DNA from: Octopus vulgaris
Taxonomy: Eukaryota
Assembly: GCA_951406725.2 (NCBI GenBank)
Contig: OX597817.1
Coordinates: 168,206,001-168,270,000, forward strand
Direction of reading: 5' to 3'
DNA: 64,000 bases
The notes under the pieces were generated by a model, which was not told the DNA's origin, did not search any database, and saw only the letters and a program-made list of their open reading frames with translations. The translations under genes were made by a program, and so were the position numbers. This document shows, piece after piece, positions 9,961 to 22,397 of this stretch (the first letter of the stretch is position 1; each line of letters begins with the position of its first letter).

Positions 9961-12900
9961 TATGCAGATATGGAAAGATGAATGCTAAAATGGTGATAGT
10001 GGTGAAGATTGGGACATGTATCTACATTTAGTCTGTTGCTCTATGTTTCTGTTAAATCACCATTTTCTCCCCTGTCCCTTGCTCTTTGATGACCCCCTTT
10101 TTTCTGTTGCTCTCCTTCTCTCATTCTATGCCATGCTATTCATGTAATGATAGTATTGGATCATCATCATCATCGTTTAATGTCCGCTTTCCATGCTAGC
10201 ATGGGTTGGACGGTTCGACCGGGGATCTGGGAAGCCAGGAGGCTGCACCAGGCTCCGGTCTTTTCTGGCAATGTTTCAACAGCTGGATGCCCTTCCTAAC
10301 GCCAACCACTCCGTGAGTGTAGTGGGTGCTTTTTACGTGCCACCTGCACAGGTGCCAGGCGAGGCGGTTGGTGCATTTTACATGCCACCTGCACGGAAGC
10401 CAGTCGAGGCGGCACTGGCTTCGGCCACGATTCGGATGGTGCTTTTTACGTGCCACCGACACGGATCAATCCATATTTAATATCCCGCACCTCTTCTCTC
10501 TTCCTCTTTCTTATTTCAATACCTGTGTAATGAAAGAGTGCATTGGATCAGTTAGTATTTGATATTCACCATCACCATCCTGTACTGCTAGCCATCTCTC
10601 CCTCACTTCCAGGTCGTTATTCATCTTCATATTACCATCACCCATGTCTTCGTCTATCCAATCCCTTGATCCCTTACCAACAAACATGTAACTGCTATCA
10701 CTACCCCACTCCCTTTACACTGTGACATTACTGTTTCTTTTCCATTACTCCTTATAGCACCTTTTATTATACACCAATGTTTGGAGTATTGAATCTTTTT
10801 TTTGTATATCATCATCATCATCATCGTTTAACGTCCGTTTTCCGCGCTAGCACGGGTTGGACGGAAAATTGTTGTACTTAGGGCTAAGCACTCTAGAGAT
10901 AAGTGTACCCCTTAACGTAGTTCTCGGGGAGATTCGGCGTGACAAGGCTGGCTCCCGCTGAAGTACAGGTACAACAGAAACAGGAAGAGAAAGTTGTGGT
11001 GAAAGAGTACAGCAGGGTTCACCACCACCCCCTGCTAGAGCCTCGTGGAGCTTTTAGGTGTCTTCGCTCAATAAACACTCACAACGCCCGGTCTGGGAAT
11101 CGAAACCGCGATCCTGCGACCGCGAGTCCGCTACCCTAACTACTGGGCCATTTGCACCTCCACTATAATGGAATCAAATTCACACTGTTGTTCTAGAGAC
11201 CATATATGTAATGATTGCAGTTGTTTCTGATAGTTTAAGTTTCTAACTTGCTTTTATTTACTGCATGAAAGATTTCTACAATTTCTCCAGTTAACAGATC
11301 AGACTTGACTTAGTATATCAGGCCTTTGTGCCTGGTCTAGTTAGTTCAATCTACAGGTTATTTCCAGAAGGTTAACATCGCTGTAAGTGAAAGTATAGCA
11401 CTGTGGTTTCCATTACTTCTAATTCTACTACCTTCCAGTCCTCTTGGCCAGGTTATTTCCAGAAGGTTAACATCGGTGTTAAGTTTCTGTAAGTGAAAAT
11501 TTTTCTATCAGAATTGACAGACCACTGGATGTGTTTGGAGAAAGATTACTTTGCAAACAGCTGTAGCTACATTACTAACGCTTTTTTTTTAATTTGTACA
11601 GTTTTCTGTCTGTAAGCGAGACCATGCCATTTTGTGACTTCTTATTTGCCAATTAGTATGTACTTTTTTAATGACATAGTCAGAAAAGGAAGGGCAATAA
11701 TCATGACCCTTTTCAGGGCTGTTATTACTTATAAGTCTGGTAATCTGGTAGGAGCTCTATTGTTGGCTCAACTTCTGCATATTTGTTGTGTTTTGCTCAA
11801 GAACACAACACATTACTGACTGATGTATAATTTGAAGCCTGACTATTATTTCCTGTTTGATGGAGTGTTTTGAGTAGGGTTGGGAGAAAGAGTTGAAGGA
11901 AGTGTGGTAGGGGACAAGATTTTAAGATAATTAAATGCAATGAAACAAGGTGCAACTTATAGGATCAGATCAAATACTACCATAGCGGTGGCAAAAGATA
12001 GGTCAGATTGAGTGCTTATCATGCGGGCCACAGCTCATCATTATTGGTTTAATTTCTGTGTTTCTATGTAGGCTTTGTTTAGATGGGTCTGCAGTACTGC
12101 GTATTAACTTTTGTCATAATCCTTTGTTAATTTCTATCTTGTGTCTTCCTCAGACACACATTGCCTCTATTTTCAGCACAATTGTATTTAGCATCCCTTT
12201 CTTGTCCATTTATATTACATGCCCACACCAATACATCATGCGTCAGCTGATGTCTTTGGAGCCAGCTGTTCTCTCAGCCCTCACACATTGATAGTATATA
12301 AGAAGTAGGACGGTGTTGAACACTGAATTATTATTTGAGGGTCAATCTATCTACATGTGTAGTGTGTAATATTCTGAAGAGAAACAGTAATATCGCTTAC
12401 TCTTTTTACTCTTTTACTTGTTTCAGTCATTTGACTGCGGCCATGCTGGAGCACCGCCTTTAGTCAAGCAAATCGACCCTGGGACTTATTCTTTTTGTAA
12501 GCCCAGTACTTATTCTATCAGTCTCTTTTGCCGAACCGCTAAGTGATGGGGACATAAACACACCAGCATCGGTTGTCGAGCAATGCTAGGGGCACAAACA
12601 CAGACACACAAACATATACACACACACATACATATATATATATACATATATACGACAGGCTTCTTTCAGTTTCCGTCTACCAAATCCACTCACAAGGCAT
12701 TGGTCGGCCCGGGGCTATAGCAGAAGACACTTGCCCAAGATGCCACGCAATGGGACTGAACCCGGAACCATGTGGTTGGTTAGCAAGCTACTTACCACAC
12801 AGCCACTCCTGCGCCTATATATTTATTATAATGCAAAATATCTAGAGAGGGATGCAATAGTTATTTACTGCATAGTATGGTCAAATGGTTAAGAAATTCA

Positions 12901-13625
12901 TTTTGCAACCATGTGATCCAAGGCATCTTGAGCAAGCATCATTTTCTAAATACTTGGTCTAACTCATACATTGTAAGTAAAATGGGGGTGGATGGAAACT
13001 GTTCAGAAGCCTGTTGGATGGATTGTGGTTGTAATTCAAAAAGTACAGCCTTGTCATACTAATTGTGCCTGAGAATTACACTAACAGTAAATAGGTCCAG
13101 AATGCTTGACCATTTGTACATTGATTCAGGAGCAGGTTATTCAGATTTTGCCGAAATGACCTGCACAAATGATTCGTTTACAGTGACCAAATGTTCATGT
13201 CGCACATTAGCTCACTCTCTCCATCAAATCGACATTATCTGAACAGGTGCACAGTGTACCACGTGTCAGGTGTCAAAGTGATTGCAGAGCAACGTGAGAT
13301 GAAGTGTTTTGCTCAAGAACACAACACACCACTTGGTCTAGGAATTGAAATCACAATCACTAGATTGTGAGTGCAACATCCTAACCACTAGGCCATGTGC
13401 CCTCACACACACACACACAATTACCTAATTGATTATTCAATTATCAGAAAGATTTCTTACTCATTAGCCAATTAGCCAATTATTTTGAAAATAAATGTAT
13501 TTTTTCAGACATATTTTTTAATTGTTTTATTTGACTATGTTTTGAATGGTGATTTCGAGGTATATTTCAAACCTTATTTATTATGAATTTTAATTCAATA
13601 ATATTGATTTTAAATTACCGCTTTG

Positions 13626-14053
13626 GGCAGAAACGAGTTAACCCGTTTTTTTCATAAATCATATTACTTCTACAAAAAATCATGTTATTTTATTTGGTTA
13701 TCGACATGGTGGGGTTATAATATAAAAGTATAAAAAAAAAACAACGTAAAAACAAAGTGAATACTTCTATTCATAAAATGTGCCTTCCAACCCTTCGACT
13801 GTCTCCAGGTGACTAAATCATACCCGGTCTTCAATGCCTTACTCAAGCGAAAGGTGGCAGAAATCGTCACTGCCAGATGTATAAAGTGAGCGAATATACT
13901 CGCATATGTCAAAAAAGAGTTTATAATAGACAAAGGAACTCGTTTGCTGTCGATTTTGGCGAGTCTATCTTTTGACGAGTTAACTCGCCAGAGATAGAAA
14001 AAAACGATTTCGGTCAAAACGCATATATTCGTTTCTGCCGGGTAAGGGGTTAA
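13626..14053. mobile_element. Probable piggyBac-type non-autonomous element end
   Basis: GGCAGAAACGA / TCGTTTCTGCC inverted pair; right end GGGG-TTAA; repeated GAGTTAAC palindromes. Confidence 0.45.
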
Positions 14054-14976
14054 GAAATTAAATGTAATAAATCAGTTAAATTGTAAAGAAATGCTTAGAG
14101 CAGTTAACTATTAATAATGGGTACACAACCACATTAAAAGGTGACTGAGGATTAGAAATACCTAGACTGGCATGAAATAAGGGACAATCTGTTGCAGATC
14201 TTAAATAGCTGCACTCAGAACGGGCAGAAACATTAGCATGCCAGGTGAAATGCTTGGCAGTGTTTCATCTGTCTTTACATTCTGGGTTCAAATTCAGCTG
14301 AAGTCAATTTTGCCTTTCATCCTTTCGGGGTTGATAAATTAAGTACCAGTTGCATATTGGAGTTGATTATAATCAACTGGCCCCCTCCCCAAAAATTTCG
14401 GGCTTTGTGCCTAGAGTAGAAAGTCTGGTTGATTGCATTTTCCTCGCTAAAAATAATGAAAAGAAGGTCATATCATTTGTTGTTCATGCAGTTAGTAGGA
14501 AGTGGATAGCTTTTATCAATGTCTTTTACTATCACAAATTACTCGACTGTGAAGGAGATTTGGAACCTGTTGTCTGTCAGACACATTGGAGCACAACAGA
14601 AAGTTGTTGAAAAATTTGATCACATGACCCATGTAGCCAGTATATCTAGCAATTTATTTTAACTTGCCAACACTGCCACATTAATCTGCCATATTTTTTG
14701 TTAGTTTGTAAATGCCTGGCTGAATGTTTATTATTCCATTGGTCCTGTTGTCCAATCATATCTCCTTACCTAGTCTTCCTCGTCAGCTGCCTGTGATCAA
14801 GAGACTCACATATTACAGTAATGTCGCATGCATAATATATGTTATTAGTTTATCTGCATAATATATGTTATTAGTTTATCCTTCTTAGTTTATCTGCACT
14901 ATCTAGACTATTAGAATTATTTTTCTTTCAGCATTTCAGCCCAGCTACATTCATTTCTCTAGTACATGTTACCGGT

Positions 14977-15496
14977 GTGGAGGCGCAATGGCCCAGTGGT
15001 TAGGGCAGCGGACTCGCGGTCGTAGGATCGCGGTTTCGATTCCCAGACCGGGCGTTGTGAGTGTTTCATCATCATCATCATCATCGTTTAGCGTCCGTTT
15101 TCCATGCTAAACGATGATGATGATGATGAAACACTCACAACGCCCGGTCTGGGAATCGAAACCGCGATCCTACGACCGCGAGTCCGCTGCCCTAGTTTAT
15201 TGAGCGAAAACACCTAAAAGCTCCACGAGGCTCCGGCAAGGGATGGTGGTGATCCCTGCTGTACTCTTTCACCACGACTTTCTCTCACTCTTACTTCCTG
15301 TTTCTGTTGTACCTGTATTTCAAAGGGCCAGCCTTGTCACTCTCTGTGTCACGCTGAATATCCCCGAGAACTACGTTAACGGTACACGTGTCTGTGGAGT
15401 GCTCGGCCACTTACACGTTAATTTCACGAGCAGGCTGTTCCGTTGATTCGGATCAACCGGAACCCTCGTCGTCGTAACCGACGGAGTGCTTCCACC
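14977..15496 (+). mobile_element. tRNA-derived SINE family 3 with an internal fold-back insertion. Related: 10905-11162(-), 41281-41677(+), 35662-35955(-), 61722-62064(+)
   Basis: A box TGGCCCAGTGG, B box GTTTCGATTCC; 13-bp TSD ACATGTTACCGGT (14964/15497). The 41281 copy has TSD TTATGATACATT and the 35662 copy has TSD ATTTAAAGGGTCT. Confidence 0.9.
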
Positions 15497-16074
15497 ACAT
15501 GTTACCGGTAGATGATGCAGGGCACCTGTTTTACTTGCTGCTGGCCATAGACTCTGTATCAATAACCTGCTCATATTTTATAATAATGTCACAAATTGAT
15601 TTACTGTTGTAGGGCAATTCCAAGTCGGTTCTGATCCAACAGAATTATAGAACACAGGTAGTCAGTCGAACACCTTTTTTTTATAGGTGTAGGCATGGCT
15701 GTGTGGGTGAGAACTTCACTTCCCAGCCATATGTGTGGCACCTTGGGCAAGTATCTTCTACTACAACCTCATACCAACCAAAGCCTTCTGAGTGGATTTG
15801 GTAGATGGAAACTGAAAGAAGCCTGTAATGTATATGTGTGTGTGTCTTTGTGTCTGTTTGTCCCCCCACCACTTCTTAACAACTGGTTCTGGTGTGTTCA
15901 TGTTCCTGTAACTTAGCAGTTCGGCGAAAGAGAGCAATAAAATAAGCACCAGGCTTTAAAAATAAATACTGGGGTCGATTCATTCAACTAAAGATACTCC
16001 AAGGCAGTACCCCAGCATGGCCACAGTCTAATGACTGAAACAAGTAAAAGGTAAAAGACATATATATATATGTA

Positions 16075-16758
16075 CTAGCAGTGTCGCCTGGCGTTGCTCG
16101 GGTTTGTAAGGGAAATAACTATATAAGCATTTTTAGAGTTATAGCCAAAAAATAGCAAAAAAAATGCATTAAAAATGGAGAAAAAAAAAATGATGGTAAA
16201 CTTTTTCTTTTTTAATCGTTGACTCATCGTAGACATTTTTAGAGAGTTACTTCCCTTATATAATAGCGAAAAAATTGCATTAAAATGGAAAAAAATGATG
16301 GTAATTTTTTTTTAAATCGTAGAATCATCGTAAATTATGGTAGACTCATCATAGACGCGCGCTAATACCCAGAAGGGCTCGATATGAATCACGACTATAA
16401 GGTACCCGGTTTTGGTTAAACTGCACCGCAAAATGTGGGAGTAGTTAGGAATCTAAATCGTAGGAGACGGACACAAATGGGGAAAAATGATGGTTAACTT
16501 TTTTTTTTAATCGTTGACTCATCGTAGACATTTTTAGAGAGTTACTTCCCTTATATAATAGCGAAAAAATGATGGTAAATTTTTTTTTTTAATCGTAGAA
16601 TCATCGTAGATGTGCACTAATACCCAGAAGGGCTCCATATGAATCACAACTATAAGATACCTGGTTTTGGTTAAACTGCACCGCAAAATGTGGAAGTAGT
16701 TAGGAATCTAAATCGTAGGAGACAGACAGACACACAACCTCTCTTTTATATATAAAGA
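16075..16758 (-). mobile_element. Complete non-autonomous Helitron with an internal ~290-bp duplication
   Basis: Minus strand: A|TCTTTATATATAAAA ... GC-rich subterminal hairpin (CCCGAGCAACGCCAGG) ... CTAG|T; no TSD. Confidence 0.85.
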
Positions 16759-19350
16759 TTTATTTACACACTTCTGCCCATGTACCTAAGAATGATGCTG
16801 GATATCTCATTATGCAGTTGTTAATTGTATGAGGCACAGTGTCACAGTTAGTACACGTTTTATTCTCATTGTCTAAGATCATTTCCATATGCCTATTGTT
16901 CAAACCCTAGTCAGCCTTGACTGAGTAGACCTCAGATCAACTGTATTTAACCCTTTAGTATTTAAACCGGCCATATCCGGCCAAAATATTTAATCTGTTT
17001 TATGTTCAAACTGACCAGATCCAGGCTCTCACACCTACCCTACAATGTTATTCTACATTAAGTAATTACACCATCAAGATCTTGAAGATATGAGATAATG
17101 TATGATTAATTCAAATCAATGGGAATCAATAGGCATTATGTTTGATAGAATAATCTGAACACTAAAGGGTTAAACTGTGACCATCCCATAGTGGCCACTG
17201 CAAAGTGGGTTAAGTGGTTGACTCAGAACATGATAGTTGCCATTCTACTACACTTTCATGGTGTTCATCTCAGTATAGTGTTTAGGGCAGATGCTATTTG
17301 ATGCTTTTATTGTTTTTTCGTTCTTTTCTGCTTATCTGGACTGAATGAGAGGGTTAATGTTTTTAGGATGGTATTGCAGATGTATCTAAACTGAGGGGGT
17401 GGGATATTTTGAACTGTTAAGGATATGTCCAGTTGATGTACCACCAAGGTCTGTGAGAGTTGAAGTATACCACAATAGCAAACTGTGCCTCAGTTGTTTA
17501 GATAAGCATTTTTGTTTGTTTGTGTGTGTATGATGCTTGACTCCAGCTCATTCATAACCATTTCTAACAATACACAGCTTATGTGTTCCAATTAATTTTC
17601 AAAACAGCCAAGGATTTGAAGATGGATTTTATGATTTTTTTTTTTCTTTCTTCGTTATATTAAGCTAGTGTTTGGATTACACTTTCACTAAAGGTTCTTG
17701 CACGTGGAACTTTTATCTTCTGAAATATTGTGTTAGCATTGGCTGTTAAGGGCTGATTTAAGATGCGATGTTAACATCATCATCATTTAGCGTCCGCTTT
17801 CCATGCTAGCATGGGTTGGACGGTTCATCTGGGGTCTGTGAAGCCAGAAGGCTGCACCAGGCCCAGTCTGATCTGGCAATGTTTCTACAGCTGGATGCCC
17901 TTCCTAACGCCAACCACTCTGTGAGTGTAGTGGGTGCTTTTTATGTGCCGCCGGCACAGGTGCCAGATAGGGCTGGCAAACAGCCACGGTCGGATGGTGC
18001 TTTTTACGTGCCACCGGCACGGAGGCCTGTCGGGGCGGCGCTATGAATGCTTATGCAGAAGTCCAGCAGGTGGTGTTGTTGTCAGTTTCTCCCAGTAAGT
18101 GACACCCCTTGGGGTTGTTAATATAATTCCAAGTTAATATGTTTGGCTAGGTTGGTAACAGTGGGACTAGGGGCAGCCTCTGGTAAATTCATATTGAAAG
18201 GGCTCCTACTAAGCATAACTACCAACCTTTGCAATGAGTTGGCTGTAGTGAGTATTACTCTGCTCTTAGTTTTCTTTACCTTCCAAACATTGTACTTGAG
18301 CTCCCTCTGCTAAATTTTAAGAGGTGGCAGTTAGTAGCAGGGACCAGATTCAACTAAATTGAAATACAACCTAAAGTTGAGTCTCCTGGATTTTTGTTTG
18401 CTTGTGTTGCACGTAAAAAGCACCATCCGTTCGTGGCCGTTGCCAGCACCGCCCTGACTGGCACGTAAAAAGCACCATCCGTTCGTGCACGTTTGCCAGA
18501 CTCGTCTGGCACCACCATCCATTCGTGGCCGTTGCCAGCGCCGCCCCACTGGCCTCGTGCCGGTGGCACGTAAAAAGCACTATCCGTTCGTGGCCGTTGT
18601 CAGCCTCGCCTGGCACCTGTGCGGGTGGCACGTAAAAAGCATCCACTACACTCATGGAGTGGTTGGTGTTAGGAAGGGCAACCAGCTGTAGAAACATTGC
18701 CAGATAAGACTGGGCCTGGTGCAGCCTTCTGGCTTCACAGACCCCAGATGAACCGTCCAACCCATGCTAGCATGGAAAGCGGACGCTAAATGATGATGAT
18801 GATGATGATGATGTGTTGTTACTCCGTATCTCAATCAAAATCCTGGTGAAGAGGTTTCAATAGCTCAACATCAGTGTGGTTAGCTGCAGAAAATACATTT
18901 ATGACCAATATCAATCATCTCTAGCAGTTACTGTGTAAGGGAATTGCATATTCCCGTAGAACAGATTATAACTACAGATTTGAGTTAACAGCCAGAAACA
19001 CATCTATTATAAATACGAATAATGTATTATCTATTTGACAGAAGATCAGTTTGTATGTATGGGGAAGCATTATTTGCTTGACAATACTGTATTTCAGACG
19101 TCTACAGATTATATAATGATGAATTAATAAAATATGAGGTCGATATGTACTGCTATCCACTATTTAGTGAATTAATGAACATCAGGGACCAATGTGATGT
19201 ATTGCTGAAGAATAGTAGGGAACCAGCACAATATATCAATGTAGTACATTGTAGAATATTAGGGAGCAGTATAATATATATCACAGTATAACATTGAGAA
19301 GTCAGACAATATAACGTTGTTGTACATAAACAAAATTTAAACAAAATTTA

Positions 19351-19980
19351 GGGATCTTTACCTTTTGACCGACAGATTTAAAAAATAATTTTTGTAACTA
19401 AACACTTTCAAACTTTGGACACTGGTAGAATGTTTCGTATAAAACATCTTTTACTTTTACTTTTTTTGAGAAAAACTTATATTTAGGAAGTTATTTCATG
19501 TTAAAGTTGTAGTATTTCAGTAATTTCAACCAATCAATGACACGTATTCAGCTGAATAAAATGACTGCTGTTGTTTGTCAACAACAACTATCGGTGGTGT
19601 ATTTTTCGTTTGTCACTGTTATTTATGACATCGTTCGTGCATTTGTACTGGTTTTAGCTTTAAGGTTTTGGAGTTAGGGTTATGGTTTTAGGGTAAGGGT
19701 TAGGGTTGTCAACAGTGACAAATGAAATATACACCGCCAGAAGTTCTTGTTGACAAACAACAGCAGTCATTTTATTCAGCTGAATACACATCATTGATTG
19801 GTTGAAATTACCGAAATGCTACAACTTTAACGTGAAATAACTTCCTAACTATAAGCTTTTCTCAAAAACGCTAAAAGTAAAAGATGTTTATATGACACAT
19901 TCTACCAGTGGCTGAAGTTTGAAAGTGTTTAGTTACAAAAAATTATTTTCTAAATCTGTCAGTCAAAAGATAAAGATCCC
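19351..19980. mobile_element. Foldback/palindromic MITE with ~270-bp arms and a TTAGGG-like core
   Basis: GGGATCTTT...AAAGATCCC termini; arms are reverse complements; core has GTTAGGG repeats. Confidence 0.85.
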
Positions 19981-20763
19981 ACTATTAACCACTATGTTGC
20001 AGACATAGACCTACAAATGACTTAACCCTTTAGTATTTAAATTGGCCATATCAGGTCCTAATATTTTATCTGTTCTGTGCTTAAACTGGCTAGATCCAGC
20101 ACACTTAACCTATAATGTCATTCTTAAAATAAATGATCATATAATCGAAATATCGAAGCTACAAGATAATGAATAATAAATTCAAAACAATGTGAATAAG
20201 TAAGCATTACATCCAACAGAATAATTTGAAAGCTAAGGGGTTAATGCTCTACATCAGCAGCCAAACAATACATCGTTTCCTTCACATGCTTGTCCTTTGC
20301 AATATCACACGCTTCATTGAATCTGGGTTTTGTTTTCAGAAGCATAAAGCACTTCAATATTGAACACCTGCTCACTTCTGTACTGTGTATGAGTGTAATG
20401 GTTACGTGTCTTGGACAGATTAACCACCAGAGTGCATGCTGCTGGGTAACTAACCCTTTAGTTAGCAACACTGTGTAACTCTTTCTCTTCCTACAACATC
20501 TGTTATTGCTCAAGCTAATGGGGAAGCCAGTATACAAGTCCTTCTACCACAGAACTCTGTGCTCTGCTTATATCTACTCCTCTTTCGCACAATCACTGAC
20601 TTGCAACAGCTTGAAATGAATATTGATTGCATTATCTCTCCTCTCCACCCAAGGTGAAGACAGTTGAAAAGGCTATAATTAACACTGTCCTTCCTTGTTG
20701 GAATAACTAATAAGGAAGAAATTTGAATCGTATACTCACATATATTGGGTGGTGGTAATGGTG

Positions 20764-20765
<2 letters not shown>

Positions 20766-20828
<63 letters not shown>
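20766..20828. repeat. (AC)n microsatellite
   Basis: About 31 perfect units. Confidence 0.95.
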
Positions 20829-20831
<3 letters not shown>

Positions 20832-21658
20832 CCTAGGCGTAGCAAAAAACTTCCGCACTAACACACTACAACCACTAACTCACAAAAATGCTTTTTCGTC
20901 TTTTTTCCTCTTCTATCACTATTACAATGCTTTGTTTCTCTGAACTTGTTAGATTCATGCATATCTTTTCCCCACCTCATCTCCATGCCTGCAAGCATTG
21001 TTCCACATGTTCTAACCAAATTCCAATCTGGGAGAGCCTCATAGATTATGGACATTAGCTCTTTGCTGCTAATAATGTTATTAAAAAGAAAGAAGAAAAA
21101 AGGCTTAGTTTTAGTAAATCGTAGAGTAGCTTTAACCCTTTCGTTACTGTATTTATTTTCAGATGCTCTGTGTTTCTTTCAATTACTTTAAATATAACAA
21201 AGAATTTAATAAAATAACTTAGTTATCATTCAGCTAGTTTTAGGAACATAAATTGTGACTAAGGTTTGGTGGAAGATTTTAATTCAGAACTTTTGAAAAC
21301 CAGACATTTGTACTAAAGAGCCAGAGCCGGTTTCAGCCGGGTTGGTAACGAAAGGGTTAACCCTTAAGCATTTAAACCAGCCATATCCAGCCTATCACAC
21401 CTACCTTGCAATGCTTTTCTAAAAATATACAATCACATCATCAAAATTTCGAAGCTACAAATTAATGCAAGATTAATTCATAACCGTCTGAATGGGAAAG
21501 CGTTACTTTTGACAGAATAATCTGAATGCTAAACGGTTAAATGAATAACAGTGTCTAGAATTAGCATGCTGGTGGTGATGGTCAGTATTGGCAGGAATCT
21601 GATTGAAAACACAAGTGCCTGTTTTCTTGTGTGACAAACGATTTTATTAGAACATTTG

Positions 21659-21889
21659 TTTCTTTACTACCCACAAGGGGCTAAACACAGAGGGGACAAA
21701 CAAGGACAGACAAACGGATTAAGTCGATTACATCGACCCCAGTGCGTAACTGGTACTTAATTTATCGACCCCGAAAGGATGAAAGGCAAAGTTAACCTCG
21801 GCGGAATTTGAACTCAGAATGTAACAGCAGGCAAAATACAGCTACGCATTTCGCCCAGCGTGCTAACGATTCTGCCAGCTCGCCACCTT
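21659..21889 (-). mobile_element. SINE family 2. Also 4413-4637(-), 31520-31903(-, dimer), 37914-38142(-), 60560-60782(-); variant-tail copies 2035-2230, 14215-14422, 22073-22290, 44325-44765, 49445-49920, 61480-61690(+)
   Basis: Head GGCGAGCTGGCAGAATCGTTAG...GAGTTCAAATTC (A/B boxes); conserved GCCTTTCATCCTTTCGGGGTCGATAAA core. Confidence 0.88.
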
Positions 21890-22350
21890 AGAAATGATTG
21901 TGTCTGCCTTATGTTTACAACACAACATACAACTGTTCTGACATTAAAAGGGAAAGTGTACAGTAGTATTGAAATAGGGTTTCCTTTCACTTACTCAAAT
22001 GAGGTAAAAGATTCTTGTATCTTCTACTTAAGAAAATGTTTGTTGTAATGTGTCTTAATATTTTTTGTCTTAGGCAACAAGCTGGCAGAATCATTAGCAC
22101 ACCAGGCAAAATGCTTGGCAGCATTTTGTCCATCTTTATGTTCTGAGTTCAATTTTCACCAAGGTTGACATTGCCTTTCATCCTTCTAGGGTCAGTAAAA
22201 CAAGTACCAGTTTAGCACGGGAATCAATGTAATTGATTTACTCCCTTTCCCAAAATTGCTGGCCTTGTGCCAAAATTTGAAACTAATATTTTCTTTGTTT
22301 CTTATGTCCTCTTTAATAAAGGTCTTTTTTTTTTTCTGTTTTTTTTTCAG

Positions 22351-22397
22351 CTTCCAAACTAGTGGCTGGTGTGTGCTCTAAATACTTGCAGAGAAAG
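22351..22397 (+). CDS. LEMD3: MAN1/LEMD3 internal exon A (SKLVAGVCSKYLQRK)
   Basis: Strong poly-T acceptor (tttttttcag), donor gtaaag; 47 nt, ends in phase 0, compatible with the next exon. The peptide is not itself diagnostic. Confidence 0.7.

Noticed and set aside
12573-12845. Recurrent short ORFs (MSSNARGTNT.., MLGGQTQTH.., MLAWVGRFDR..) resembling a gene family
   Set aside because: Translations of SINE and RTE-UTR copies.
14830-14881. Short tandem duplications (also 49361-49407, 50395-50435, 41541-41566)
   Set aside because: Ordinary slippage or repair duplications of 13-26 bp.
14977-15055. tRNA genes (also 41281 and 61722)
   Set aside because: tRNA-like SINE heads that continue into a SINE body and are bounded by TSDs; no proper acceptor stem.
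19670-19707. Interstitial telomere
   Set aside because: A few degenerate TTAGGG units forming the core of a MITE.
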